DNA from: the human T2T-CHM13v2.0 reference genome, Homo sapiens
NCBI RefSeq assembly: GCF_009914755.1
Contig: NC_060926.1
DNA: 64,000 nucleotides
Direction: 5' to 3' (one strand)
Shown here: positions 13,166 to 27,474 of the stretch, one piece after another
Layout of the letters: each line of letters opens with the position of its first letter
Position numbering within the stretch: the stretch's first letter is position 1
Position numbers and translations under genes: made by a program
The notes under the pieces: model-generated
Seen by the model: the letters and a program-made list of their open reading frames with translations, nothing else
Databases searched by the model: none
Told to the model about the DNA's origin: nothing

Positions 13166-14140
13166 TGTTCCCACCTACCCTTAAATTATACATAAAAGAT
13201 ATAACTCTTGCATGGTACTGATCCGATATCTGGACAACTTATGCCCCTGCTAAAATAGCTACTATCCAACTATACCTGAAAAAAATCCCCACCAGAATAC
13301 GCCAAAGAATATAGTCCATCAAAAACACAGTGTGGTTTTTTAGTAAGGGAGCAGCAGCAGGCTTCATTGTCTGATTTTCTTGTTTCATCCCTTTTCCCAG
13401 TGTCATATCCCTTGTTGATTTATAGTCTACTAAGTTCATTAAAGATCCAGCTTGACTCCCATGGAATTGCCTAAGGCTCTGGAAGAAAGAACTTGACTTG
13501 CAGGTTGCTGTGGACTTAGACACTTTACTACTTCATTAGGGCTGCTCTGCCACTGGACAGCTTGCGTATGGCTGTGCCAGAAATGCCACTTGCTTCTTCC
13601 TCGGCCTTCTACCCCCACCTTCATCACAGGCTTTTAAAGAACAAAGACAGATTAAAGACAGAGGAATGAGGAAATAAAACCTAAAATCTTTCCAATTCCT
13701 AGTATGGTTCTTATTGCTATTACTATTGTCATCAAATGTAGCAGATTTATTCCTCTGTCCTATTTGATAAGACACTGTTCTAACTGTATTTTTTTTTTTC
13801 AGTGTAGACCTAAATTAGGAACTCTTCACAGAAACTCTTGGATATTAAGTAAGGCATAGAATTTTTTTTTTGAATAAATACATAGCTTCACTCTTGAGGA
13901 AATGGGTAGTCTCTTTGGCTATTTATTTTTCTGTGATATTCTTGAAATTATCTCAAAGAAGTTTTCAGGATGAGGCAGCTCTATTTGTAATCCAAAGGAG
14001 AATAGAAGAGATTAGCTAAATGATAATAACAAGGAGGTGACCCTAAAAGGAAAACCCTCTTGTAAATAAGCTTGATTTATTTACAGCTAAATGTGTGATT
14101 GCAAAAAAATATTTTCAGCTAAACCATAGAACTTCTGCTT

Positions 14141-14250
14141 AATAATAATAATACTTAGCACTTAAAAAGCACTTTACATCTGCAAAGTGCTTTATAAACA
14201 TTAACTAATTAATCGTTAACAACACCCCAGTGAGGTAGGTAAGTATTATT
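14141..14250 (-). mobile_element. Ancient CORE-SINE 3' tail (MIR1_Amn/MIR3-like)
   Basis: AATACTTAGCACTT...CAAAGTGCTTTATAAACATTAACTAATTAATCGTTAACAACACCCCAGTGAGGTAGGTAAGTATTATT resembles the recalled amniote MIR tail. Confidence 0.65.
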
Positions 14251-14312
14251 CAAGTATTCTCTTGAATGTTCAAGCCAGGATTACAGCGAATCCAGAGTGG
14301 GTTGTTGCATGA

Positions 14313-14316
<4 letters not shown>

Positions 14317-14360
<44 letters not shown>
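14317..14360. repeat. (GT)22 microsatellite
   Basis: Pure GT run of 44 bp. Confidence 0.98.
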
Positions 14361-14363
<3 letters not shown>

Positions 14364-15059
14364 CTGCTCCACTCTTAGTAAATACAGGACTTTGGATTGT
14401 CTTATAAATGGGAAGACAGCTCATCTGGGGAACGATTGAACCTTTCCAAATGGTTTTGGAGTTTCCTCAATAGAGCTAAAACAAACTCAGAGATGGCTTC
14501 TCTAAATCTTTCAGGAATTTGAAGTAACTGGGTAAGGAGGGGTTTGTGCACAGGAAGTCAACCATTCTCTCTTTCCACATTCTTCACTGATTGGTGTTTC
14601 GGTTCTCCTGTTATTGGATAAGAAGGACTAAAATCTCATTTCCAGAAGAATTTTGCTCAGGAGTCAGGGAAGGGTAGGCACATAAGACATGGCCCAGCAT
14701 GGAAGAGACTGGCATCCCATCCCCAAGGATAGGGAAGACATGCTCTCCAAGAGCCAGTGGTAGGTGCTGGGATAGTGAGTCCAAGTGCTGTAGAAACAAG
14801 GGAAATAAGTATCAAAGGCCAAGGGAGGGCCTTGTTACAGCACAGCATTTGAGTTGCCCCTGAAAAAAGGTCAAGGTGGACACTCAAAATGCCTGTGATG
14901 TATTACTCCCACTTTTATTTGGCTGAAAGCACTACAACCACAGCAAATGAAGGTCACTCCTGAGCACTGGTGTCTTTTCTGGGTCAGGTAACATACTGCC
15001 AAAAATAACCTTGGCTTTTTCATTGATTCCTTCATTTACTCATTAACAAGAGCTATTGT

Positions 15060-15295
15060 ATACTGAGCATTTTCTCTGTGAAAGGCACTATGTTGAATTC
15101 TTTAGTTTTATTTGGTCACTGAATCTTCACCACAATCCCCTCAGGAACATCCTACCATTAACCTCATTTAAAGATCAGTAAAGTTAGGCTTAAAGAGTTA
15201 AGTAACTAGACTGAAGTCACACAGCTAGTAAGAGTCAGGACTAAAACCCAGACTCTTAGATTTGTGATCCCACTCTTTGAACCAAACTCTATATT
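15060..15295 (-). mobile_element. MIR SINE
   Basis: GAATCTTCACCACAATCCC...GAGTTAAGTAACT...GTCACACAGCTAGTAAG. Confidence 0.7.
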
Positions 15296-15763
15296 TTCTC
15301 CCATTGATTCAACTACTATTTGAGTATATTCCTGGCCTAGAAGTAGGTTTTGGATATAAGTACTGAGCAAACAGACATGAGTTTTGCCATGGTAGAGAGA
15401 CTGACATTAAAAATATATGTATGCTATTTCAAATTAGAATCAGTATTGTGAAGGAAAAATCAGAGTGGTATGAGAGAAACAGGAAACATAATTTAGATCA
15501 GGGAATCAGAGAAAGTCTCTCCAAGTATAGGATGTTTAAACTCAAACCTGAAAGATGACAGGAGCTAGCCAGGCAAAGAAGGAGTAGAAGAGCATTCCAG
15601 GCAGGGGAAGGACAGATGAGAAGGCCCCGAGGGGCAAGGAGTTCAAGAAACTGACAGAATAACACTGTAGAGAGTGGATCCGGATCCAGGGGAACAGGCG
15701 CACAAGAGGAGGTCAAAGAGGAGAGCAAGGGCTGGATCATCACACAAGGCCTGATAAGCCATA

Positions 15764-16269
15764 TGTAGCAGTTAACATTAAGTTCAGCTGCATATAACCC
15801 AAAAACAAAGTAACAGTGGCATGAAGAAAACAGAAGCCGATTTCTCTTACTCGTATAAGAAATCCAGAGATGGGCAGACCAGGGATAGTATTGCAGCATT
15901 GTGGCATTCAGGACTAGGACTTCTTCCACCTTTTTACACTGCCATCCAGCAAGTGGCTTGCATCTGACAGGTCCTGTCATGATCCAAAGAAGCTAGTGGA
16001 GATCCAGCCCTCATATTTGCATTCCAGGCAACAGGAAGGAAGAATGAAGGAAGGGCAGGACAAAAACATGCCCCACCTGAGCTTCCTTAAAGGACCCTTC
16101 CCAGAGCTTCCAGACAACATTTCCACTTACATACCTTTGGCCAGATCTGTTACAAAACCATACCTGTTTGCAAGGGAGGTAGGAAGTGTAACCGTGTAAC
16201 CAGGCAGATTCTGGTACGAAAGGGACAGGAATGGATATCAAGAAGGTCATCGGAGTAGTCTCTGCAATA
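15764..16269 (-). mobile_element. MLT1K/L-like MaLR LTR
   Basis: TTCAGCTGCATATAAC...ATTCCAGGCAACAGGAAGGA...ACTTACATACCTTTGGCCAGA...GCAAGGGAGGTAGGAAGTGTA. Confidence 0.7.
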
Positions 16270-17532
16270 TCATGATGACAGAGGGTTTGGACCTTATTGT
16301 AAGTATAATAGAAAGCTTATGAAAGGTTTTAAGAAGGGAAATAACATTACCTAGTTGGTGTGTTTACAAATGCTGGCTTCTTTTGTGACAACAGACTACA
16401 ATGCAGTTAGAAGACATTGGCTAGAAGCTATTGCAGCGATCCCAGAAAAATGCTGTGGATTTGATAAAGGCAGTATCATTAGAAATAGGAAAACATGATG
16501 AAATTGAGCTATGTGTTGAAGAGCAAAAGAATAGAAATGTTTATAAATTTGATATGGGACTGGAACTGTAGGATCTTTCTGGGATAATGCCTAATCTAGT
16601 GGCATGTGCAGCCATATGGTGGAGGTACCACTTACAGATATGGGAAATACTAGAGAAGAAAAAGATTTGAGTGGGGAGGACGAAAAAGATTTCAGTTCTG
16701 GACGTCTTAAATTTAAAATGCAAGTGAGATATCTAACAGAAGATTTAAAGTAGACAGTAGACAGTTGGACATCCAGGCCCAGAACTCAGAAGAGAAGCTG
16801 CAGCTACAGATAGACAGTTGGGAGCTATTGCATGTAACTGGACTTTAAATCCCTAGGAGTAAAATAAGTTCTCTTTGGGAAAGAATATAAAATAGAAATG
16901 AATATCTGGGGAAGACAACTGTTAGAGCCAGGTAGGGAAAGAAGGGCAAGCAAAAGTGGCTGAAGAATTGACCACGAATAGAGAAGGAAACCCAGGAGTG
17001 TGGTGTCGTGAACATCAAGAGAAGAGAGTATTGCAAGAAGAAGAGAGAAGCCAACTTTGACAAATGCTGCTGAGAAGGGATCAAATAAAATGAGAGCTAA
17101 ATAGTCAACATTAGAAGTAGCAGCATAGAGGTCACTTATGTCTTCCTCCAGAGCAGCCAGGAGAGGTGGAGAAGATATCTGGGATGTATTGAAGAACAGC
17201 TTGTGTGGTGAGGAAGTGCAGGAGGAAGCATTTATACAAACCTTCAGTGTGGTTTGGCTGTGTACTAGAGTTAGGGTAGTAAGTGGAAGGGGCTTGTGGG
17301 GTTAATGGAAAATACTTGAAGAGTAAGAGCTACTAATGTTTGCTTGAAAGTCAATGGAAAGGATCTCGTAAGGAAGGAAAGGTTGAAGATGAAGCAAATA
17401 AAAAAAAGGGCTCATCAATGAAGAGCATTGCCCGAGAAGAAAGGAAGAATTTGATCTAGAACATACACGAAGGGACTAGAACATATATCTAGAATATATA
17501 TGGAGTTTTTGACTGAAGGGGGTATACCCTTA

Positions 17533-18655
<1,123 letters not shown>

Positions 18656-18896
18656 TGTTAATTATGTTAGAGAAAAAATGTGCATATGTATTATGAGTCC
18701 TGGTAGTCCACTGAGGTAGAAGACAGGGATGATAGAAGAGGAGGAGAGGAGATGATGCATTGGTCACTGAGGAGATGGAGAGAGCAATCCTACTGGATAC
18801 AGAATTATAGGGAAAATGCTGGGCAATGTTGAAAGCCCAGCTGAGGGTAATGAAGGTGAATTTATAGTGGAAACATCCTGTTTGGTCATATGATCA

Positions 18897-19097
18897 TTCT
18901 CTTTCCCTTTTTCTTTCTCTTCCTCTCCTTTTCTCTTTCTCTTCTTCCTTCTCTTTCTCTCTTTCTTGCTTTCCTTCTTTCTCTCTTCCTTCCTTTCTTT
19001 TATTTCTTCTTTCCTTTCCTTCCTTCCTTCCCTCTCTCTCTCACTGTCTCCCTCCCTCCCTCCCTCCCTTCCTTCCTTCCTTCCTTCCTTTCTTTCC
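18897..19097. repeat. CT-rich low-complexity tract (CTTT/CCTT/CCCT)
   Basis: About 200 bp almost purely pyrimidine. Confidence 0.95.
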
Positions 19098-21386
19098 AGC
19101 AATGTTTGGCTGTTTAATTATAGGCACAATGACAGTATATTGCTGGGCCTCTCTAGAGGGTGCATTTTCTGGGCAGGTGGGAAGAAAGAAAGGTGGGGAA
19201 GGGTATTTATAAATTATGAATGTGATAAGCTAGATACATGACATGTGGAGGTGACAGAAAGAAAGTGGAGGAATTGAATTGTTCATGTCATAATGAGGTC
19301 CAAAGAGTTGTAGATAGGCTCTTGAGCAGGTGAGCTATAAGGAGAAGGTTACTTTTTCAGTTCCTTGAATGAGCAAAGGATAGTTTTCCTGTTGCAGGAG
19401 GTTATTAGTGGGAAATGGTCATATGAAAATAAGGCAAAGAGAGACAGAGGTAAATATTGGACACGTGGGCGTCATGAGGGTGCGGCCCAGAAAGGGTTGC
19501 CTAATGCAGAAAGAACTGGGTTCTCTGGACCATGATCAAGGCATGGCTGACTTTGTCTACAAACAATCAATTGTAGACTCTGTAGGGAAATGTTGGTAAG
19601 GCTTTGTGCTTGAGATAACTGCAGTCCAATGGCTCAACTTGGGGAGGAGAGGGTTACAAGATTTCTTAAACTATATTGAAAATGGAAAGAGAGTCCTTAG
19701 TCACATAAAGAATGGCAACTCTATGGTCATAACAATTTCACTATCAAGAAAAAAACACTGGCCTTTGTTCATTTGAGAAAGGAAGCTCCACAAAGGGACT
19801 CCGATGAGACCAGTTACATGATAGCCACTATCGAATTAACAATTCTAAAACTGATTTGACCCTGAAATTCCCAAACTCACATGCTTCCAGTGGCTCTAGA
19901 CTACCCACAGAATAAGCTCTAAACTCTAAAGAACATGGCAAGAAAACTTCTACCTTTGCCCCAGCCTGCTCTATCCAGGCTGAACAACTTTGATCTCCCA
20001 CTTATATTCATATGGATGCATTCATAGGGCCCAGAATATTCATTATTATACCTGCTTCCACACTTTTTCTCAAGTCACTGGCTCACTTGAAATAATCTTC
20101 CTCCCTTCTATCTAAAGGCAACATTTCCAAAGCCCATGCCAAGCCCCACCTTCCCCTCCAGAGCCATCTGTCCAGAAACTTACAAAACTGAAGAACACAA
20201 AAAGCAGCCCAACTTCCAAAAATGGTTCCAGTTCTATTGGCCAGAAGCCTAGGGAGCAAACTTCGTTCATTCATTTGCATTGAAGGGAAAGCAAGCACTG
20301 GACTCAGGTCTCCCCAGAGGGTTGTAGGCAAGAGAAGTGCCTTTCCATTTTTCAAGGGAGCAATTTCAAGTCCTTGAAGATCAAGTTTAAGTCATTTCCT
20401 GACCCTACACCAACACTGTTTCTCCACAACTCCAGCCCGGTTCAACTCCTCTGGAAGTCTCAAATGTAGTTTCTGAATTAATAATTCCTTCCAGCTTTGA
20501 TGTCTTTATTTGAAAGTTCCAGAAGAACAGAATGTTTTTTTAAAGGAAATGGGAGAAGTCATGCTCAAGGGAGGCATTATGGTAGAGAGAAAAGAGCTGT
20601 AACTTTCAAAAATGCATCTGGATGAATGAGACTAACTTCCTATGACTAATGTCCCCCAAACATTAAGCTAATGATTAAATTAAAAATGCAAATCCCCAAG
20701 ATGTCATATGCTGCTGGGCGGACTGATGGAAAGGAGCCTTGCAAACAGTCCCAACATTGTGTGGGGAGCTGGAGAGGAGATGTGAATGAAAACAACAGAG
20801 AGCCATATGGTCCTAGCCAATGGTCAACAACCAAAAATTCAAAATCCAAGGACAGAGAAAACTCCACAGCTATAAAGCAATGTGTTTCTCTTTTATTCTG
20901 GCACTTATCCGGATGCGCTAACGTGATGGGGGATGGAGAACAGAGCAAAGTCTCAGGAAGCAAATCTGTAGGCATCTCTCACAGAGCTCTGCTTGGCAAG
21001 CTGTGTGACCAGTAGTGAGCTCCACCTACACACAGAATCACCACCCCAGGAAAATGAGTATGTGCGAGGTTTGTGTGAACTTGAAACAGCCATGCAGGTC
21101 TGCCCATTGATCCTCTATCTGTCTGTTAGAAATGAGACCAATACGCAAAAATCAAGGGGAGCCTGAAGTTGGCAGGATGTCCCAGGAATCCCAGCAAAGA
21201 CTCAATACAGGACTCCTGTACCTTGGTGGCAACAGTGACTCAGGCAGTTCTGCTTATAGTGTACAGGAGACTTAGCAATCTTGTGTCCTCTCAGGGTTTG
21301 AAAATTGTAATTACTTGATTTTAGGTACCTTTTTTCCAAACTACCTCTGAGCAAGTAGCTGATTGTGTCCCATCCTCTTCAACATA

Positions 21387-21923
21387 CAGTATCCTCCCTT
21401 ATACCTGGGGGATACATTCCTGGATCCCCATTGGATGCCTGGAACTCTGGATAGTATGGAGCCCTATATATACTATGTTTTTCCTATATACACCTATGAT
21501 GAAATTTAATTTATAAATTAAGCACAGTAAGAGATTAACAACAAAAATAATAAAATGGAACACTCATAACAATGTGTTACCATCACTACTCTTTGCATTT
21601 TGAGGCCGTTATTAAGTAAAATAAGGGTCACTTGAACATGAGCACTGCAATGCCATGACAGCTGATCTGACAACTTAGATGGCTATCGAGTGACTAATGG
21701 ATGGTGAATGAAGACACCACGGATATTCTGCACAAAAGCATGAGTCCCATCACAGGTGGGACTGAGCAGGACAGCACAAGATTTCATCACACTACGCGAA
21801 ACAGCACACAATTTAAAACTTATGAATTATTTCTGGAATTTTCTATTTAACATTGCAGACCATAGTTGACTGCCGGTAATTCAAACCACACAAAGCAAAA
21901 CTTCAGATAAAGTGAAACTACTG
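21387..21923 (+). mobile_element. MER44B (TcMar-Tigger) non-autonomous DNA transposon
   Basis: CAGTATCCTCCCTTATAC...GATAAAGTGAAACTACTG terminal inverted repeats (TIRs), TA on both sides, interior collinear with recalled MER44B. Confidence 0.9.
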
Positions 21924-21940
21924 TATTTATACCTGAAAAG

Positions 21941-22103
21941 CAGGGATTCTCGATCTGGCATTTAAGACCTCCTAGACAGTCTGAAAAGCCCCTGACATTG
22001 TATGCAACATCTTGCACCTACGAGGATTTTAGGAGAAAAAAAGTCGTAATTTTTATTCAATTTTCAAAGAGATTTATTAACTAAAATTGATTTAAAACCA
22101 TCA
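21941..22103. mobile_element. MER103C-like hAT MITE
   Basis: CAGGGATTCTCGATCTGG...CCCCTGACATTGTATGCAAC...TTCAATTTTCAAAG...TAAAACCATC. Confidence 0.6.
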
Positions 22104-22378
22104 GTTTGCCTTACGTAGCCAAGAAATGATGGTCTTACTGACAGAGAATATGAGATATTTTCTAGATATGTGAAGAACATTATAGTAGAACCTTATTAGA
22201 ATCTGTTGCTTTGGTATAGAAACACCCACATTATAAACTCTCCTTTTTAGAGTAAAAGCAATACAATATGCATTCTTCTGCAGGGTACGTAACTTGATCA
22301 GAACCAATGCTATCAATAAGGGCTCTTTAAAGAGGTATTATTTTTAAGTGTGATTGATGAAAAAACATGCCCAGACCT

Positions 22379-22724
<346 letters not shown>

Positions 22725-23410
22725 TTATAAGCAATATTAAATTACAGATGCTATATGAGACATTACAAGCATGTCATTCAATGCACATGTATCTATATAG
22801 TATACTGTATATTATTAATATAGTCATACAATTTTAGAATTGGAAGAGACCAAGGATGCCTCCCTTTCTGTGCAGAAGTAATTAAGACCTAAGGTTACAG
22901 AAAAAGTCCTGCTCCAGAAGAGCCTCATCTTCTGAATTAAGCCCAAGGAAAGAGCTATCAAGGGTCTGAAACTATGGAAAAGCTGGGCCAACCTTCCTGG
23001 AAGACAATCTGGCATTTTCTTGTAGGTGGCATGGCTTTGTGCCCTTCCCTCCATTCCCAGAAGGCTGCTCCCACAGGGCAATTTCTGTAAACATGGGATT
23101 TTTTTTGTTTTTGCTTTTTGTGTTTTGAGAATTTCTACACTTCTCTCCAATGACCGCTTTCTTAAAAAATGCTATGCATGAGCTGGCCAGCCAGTCACCT
23201 CCTCATAAGGAAGAGCAGAGAGTCCTTGCATTTATTGGTAGGAGGAGTAAGGTTAGCATGCTTGTCCTTGTTTTCCTTCGCCATCTAGGGCTCTGGTAGG
23301 AATGGGGAGTCCTGAAATCTTATACAAAGGGAAGTCTTATTCCCAAGGCAGCCACCATCAGAGGTCTCAGCAGAGACCTCAAGCTGATCTTAAAGTTAAG
23401 CCGGTCTTTC

Positions 23411-23560
23411 ACATTGACATTTTTTAAGAGTACATGCCAGTTATTCGTAGCATGTCCTTCAACTTCAGTTTGCCTGATGTTTCCTCATGGTTAGGTTCAG
23501 GTTATGCATCTGAGGCAGGCATTCCTCAGTACATCACAACAGGAGATACACACTGTCTTT
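23411..23560 (-). mobile_element. L1MC-like 3'UTR fragment
   Basis: TTGACATTTTTTAAGAGTAC...GTTTGCCTGATGTTTCCTCATGGTTAGGTTCAGGTTATGC. Confidence 0.65.
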
Positions 23561-24799
23561 CCACCCTCCTGCTCTCGGTCTCAGACCCAAGCTGTGCATC
23601 AGGACTAGGGAAGGCGATTCTCAGAGACACCAGTAAGACAGTAGTGTGCCAGGCTTCCAACTCAAAATGACCAAGTATGAATTTCCTGAGCTGACATCTT
23701 TGCCACCTCACCCCCAGCTCCTCATTCAAGCAGTATGATTTTCAGTTCATTTCGAGTTTCTTGGAGATGGCCTATAGCAGAAGCATTGCAGCCTGGCAGG
23801 CAAGAACAGGCAGGGAGGAGGACTCTGCTGAAGGGGCAGTCTCCTCCGCCCAGATCTTGCACCCTTCTGGGCTGACTGTGGCGGTGATGGAGTGAAGGGT
23901 CACCTCACTCTTGTTTTTACCTATTCAAGTCCAGCAATCTAAGGTACCTTCAGGATAACCCTCATCAGAGATGGGTAGTCACCACCCACCTGGGTAACCG
24001 GTCACCCAATCATTCCAGAGCTTTTTACTGAACATTCAGTCCCCATCTATTATTCATCTAGGCAGAGCCAGATGAAGGGGCAGAGGAGACCCGGTTGGAA
24101 GCACGAGATCAAGATAGCCCTCGGCAAAACTGTGGAGACTAAATAGCTTGTATTCAATGACCTCTGCTCTTTCCACTTTCTTTCCCCTTTTTCAAAAATA
24201 ATTTTCTCCCTGGGGCCTAAGGCTCCCAAGCTTTTCTGAGTAAAGAAGATATTCACACTAAAATGCTGGGTGCTTTCTGCATATTCAGAGTACTATGCAC
24301 AGTTTTTTTAACAGAAGGTCTCTTTTTTATGGTGCCAATATTATCCAAAAATAATAGCTAGAGAATGGTAGAATGTCCAGCAGCAATGGGGGAGCTATTC
24401 TGGGCCTTCTAAGCACCCTTCAAATCATTCCAAGGAGACCACGTACTGCCTACATGAATCTGAATCTGGTCAGCAAAGCCTTAATAGCTGCACTTGGAGC
24501 TGCTGCTCTTTCTAGCAATCCTAAGTCCCAGAGAGCTCTCATGAGGAATGAGGAGAAATATTTGCAAAGAGTGTGCTCAAAAGATCACTGGATTAAACAC
24601 AATCCACTCCACCACTCAATCTGTTTAATATGTTGGTTACTTTATCTCTCAGGACCCGTTTCTTCAGTTAAAAAATGAGAAGTGATGTGGCTGGTTGATC
24701 ATGAAGATCTTTCAGCTCTGAATTGCTGAGATTTTTATATCCAGACCTACTGTGATCGAAGCATTCAAGGAGCTAGAAATCACAAGTAGCATAAAATTT

Positions 24800-25020
24800 T
24801 AAAGTTAATAACTTGTAGAGTTTACTATGTGCTATTCTAAGTACTTAACCTGAATTAACTCATTTGATCCTCATAATAACCTCCAAAGTTGTGGCTCTTA
24901 CCATCCCCATTTTACAGATGAGGAAACTGAGATGCAGATTACTTAGCTGGGGAATTGCAAAACAAGAATTTGACTACAAACAGCGTTAACTGTTCATGTT
25001 CTGAACCACTATGTTATGTT
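24800..25020 (-). mobile_element. MIR SINE
   Basis: CTCATTTGATCCTCATAATAACC...CCCATTTTACAGATGAGGAAACTGAG. Confidence 0.85.
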
Positions 25021-25558
25021 ACTCTCAAAGTAGGGGAAAAAAAGTTTGCCACAGAGGAATTAGGTCAGTGGGATGGGGGCTGGGGGCAAGAAGAAAGAGG
25101 GTTAAGGATGCTGATGAGGAGGGGTGATTCTGCTACCCTAACTGAGGTTCACACGCCGTGATGGGAGCTCATAGCAAGACAGTCAGACCCAGCCTGTCTG
25201 AGTGTATGGAATTAGCTCCCTTGCTGACACGTGAAGTCTCTGAAAGCCTGTGGACATCTTTCAGCAGAACTGGCAAGCGGAGGGAGGTTCTTTGTGGCCT
25301 GCTGTGTGGCTTGTGCCATCCTGGACCCAGCTCGGCTTCTCCAAGCCAGTCCTCTTTAGGCTAGCTGCTGCCAGGCCAGGATGATTTCAGAATCCAAGGA
25401 CCTGAGAGTTGGTCTGAATTCCTTTCCCCTGAAACTCCCCAGGCCTGATCACACATAGACACACAGATCTCCAAAAGAACATCCAAGAAAGAAACTCTCC
25501 CCTTTCTGGAATTCTGATGGCAAATAAGCGAAGATGTATGCGTTGTTGTGACTATGCG

Positions 25559-25598
25559 AGACAGACAAAGACAGATAGACAGAGACAGACAGACAGAG
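25559..25598. repeat. Imperfect (GACA)n
   Basis: AGACAGACAAAGACAGATAGACAGAGACAGACAGACAGAG. Confidence 0.8.
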
Positions 25599-26299
25599 AA
25601 CTGACTCTCAAATAGCATGGAAGCTTGTTTAAAACTTTCAGTTTAAATAAATGTAGATTCTATTCTGGTGTTCGGGAGCCTCTGTTGGTATCTTAAAATC
25701 AGTGATTTAGCTCCACCTAACTTTTACAGTTTTTTTTTTTTTTCCTAGTTACAGTCTGGCATAAAAGTGTCAGTTTGTTATGTGGGTGGGTAATGGTATG
25801 CTTTTAATTAAGGAGGTAGAGACTAAATTAAACCACATCAAGTGGCTAGTGTTTCTTTAATTTCAGATTGTGGTTGCCTTACCCTAAGCATAAGGAGTTG
25901 GGCTAGATCATGATTCCTCTTTAATGGTTATGGCTGAAAAACTCCATCTTGTGACCAGCCTCATAATTGATTAAACACAACTGTGGACTCCCATGATCAG
26001 GAAGTGCAATTTTGCTGGTGTCGCTTCAAGTCTAAAATACCTCCAGGGTAATTACAGGCTCAGAGGCAATGCAGAAGGCTTTGAAGTAGGGAAAGAAAAG
26101 ATTAGGGCATCCAGAGGATCTGTGCCTGTTCATTTGTCCTTCATGGCAAAATCTTTAAAGCCTTTGGGGAAAGATGCCTCTGTCTGGGGGTAGGGGGTCG
26201 TCCAGTGGGCTGGGAGTCCTGGTCTGGTTGCAGATGTGCAGGGGATGGGTGTGTCCCAGGTCACAGCAAGCTTCAGGGGTCACAGCAGCACCCCCTGAG

Positions 26300-26940
26300 A
26301 AAGGCTGCCTTTTCCTGCTTGCTCCTAATGAAAGTTTCATGCAGCTCTGATTCTCTTTGCCTTGGGTTTAGTATGCCCGACTGGCCGTGACTTGCGCTGT
26401 CCACTCGAGGCATGCAGAAGTGCACTCTGTCTGACCAGCTAAATTATTTACCTTGATAGCAATTATCAAACACTACAAGCCACACTCTAAAGGCCTCTTC
26501 GTGGTTCACGCAGAGAGAATATAAACCTTATTCAGAAATGGAGAGAGTGGAGGACTCTTTTTTATTTTTTAATTAACAATAGGTTAGAAGTAAAAACCAT
26601 TATTAGTGACAGTACATAATGGGAAAGCAAGACCTGCATTGTTAAGAGGACTATTTAAGGAAATGTTAATGAATTGAATTTGAAGTTCCTCATAGTCAAC
26701 CTGGAGACAACTGATGGTTTCAAAGTGGAAAAGTGAAGAGTTATTAAATGTTGTATATTTATTGCACTAATAATCAGATTGCCAGAGGCTGGCAGGGATG
26801 CAAATATTGGTCCATGTTCTGTTTAACCATTAGCTGTGGTAATGCAAGAGATTCACTGGGGGGAAGTTAGCGTATACAAACATTTGCCAATGCCACTGTG
26901 ATGAATAGTGTGTGGATTAGGACCATAACTACTCCAATCC
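26300..26940. promoter_or_regulatory. Candidate enhancer block
   Basis: Repeat-free. Octamer ATGCAAAT 26798, SOX motifs CATTGTT 26637 and AACAAT 26575, TAATCAGATTG 26771, CpG-retaining 26370-26510. Confidence 0.35.
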
Positions 26941-27261
26941 CATGAAAGCCCATTTCAGCAGAGGATAGAATCATAACTTAACTTTTTATTGGCACTTCGA
27001 GAGAGAAGAGGACAATATTTCTGGCAGCTGCCATTTTACATAGTCTGCTGTTTTGTTTTGTATTCGAAAAAAATAATACCTTTCTAGTTGCCCAAGTTTT
27101 CTAGCTCTCCTAGGAGGAGGTGAAATAACCTCCTGTCCTGGTATGTAGGGAAGAGCCCTTTCTAAGGCAGAGGCCCCTCTGATGCAAAACTGCAAAGATC
27201 CTCTGGCACCTTTGTTATAACTATTCCAAAGAATGACTCACTTGACTTGGAGCAAACCTCA

Positions 27262-27470
27262 CAGAGTAAAAGAGCATGAACTCTAGAGATGGAGTCAGAA
27301 TTCTGAACTCAGAATTCTGGATGAGCCACTACTTCTCTAGATGAATCAGGAAAAGCCATTTATCTCTCTGGACCATAGTTGCTTCATAGTCGCAGAATGA
27401 GGATCCTAATTCCTACCTTGCAGGACTAGGACGAGGACCAGTGTTAAATTGTGCCAAATGCCTAATATGG
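27262..27470 (+). mobile_element. MIR SINE
   Basis: GTAAAAGAGCATGAACTCTAGAG...CTCTCTGGACCATAGTTGCTTCAT...CCTACCTTGCAGG. Confidence 0.65.
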
Positions 27471-27474
27471 GGAT

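Noticed and set aside
14183-14192. CAAAGTGCTT matches the 5' end of miR-17
   Set aside because: The match ends after 10 nt, the stem is too short for a pre-miRNA, and it is explained by the MIR tail.
15675-15688. 14-bp perfect palindrome TGGATCCGGATCCA
   Set aside because: A 6-bp duplication of a palindromic hexamer in L2; a few of this length are expected by chance.
18764-19241. E/R/K-rich and L/S/F-rich ORFs
   Set aside because: Translations of the CT/GA low-complexity tract.
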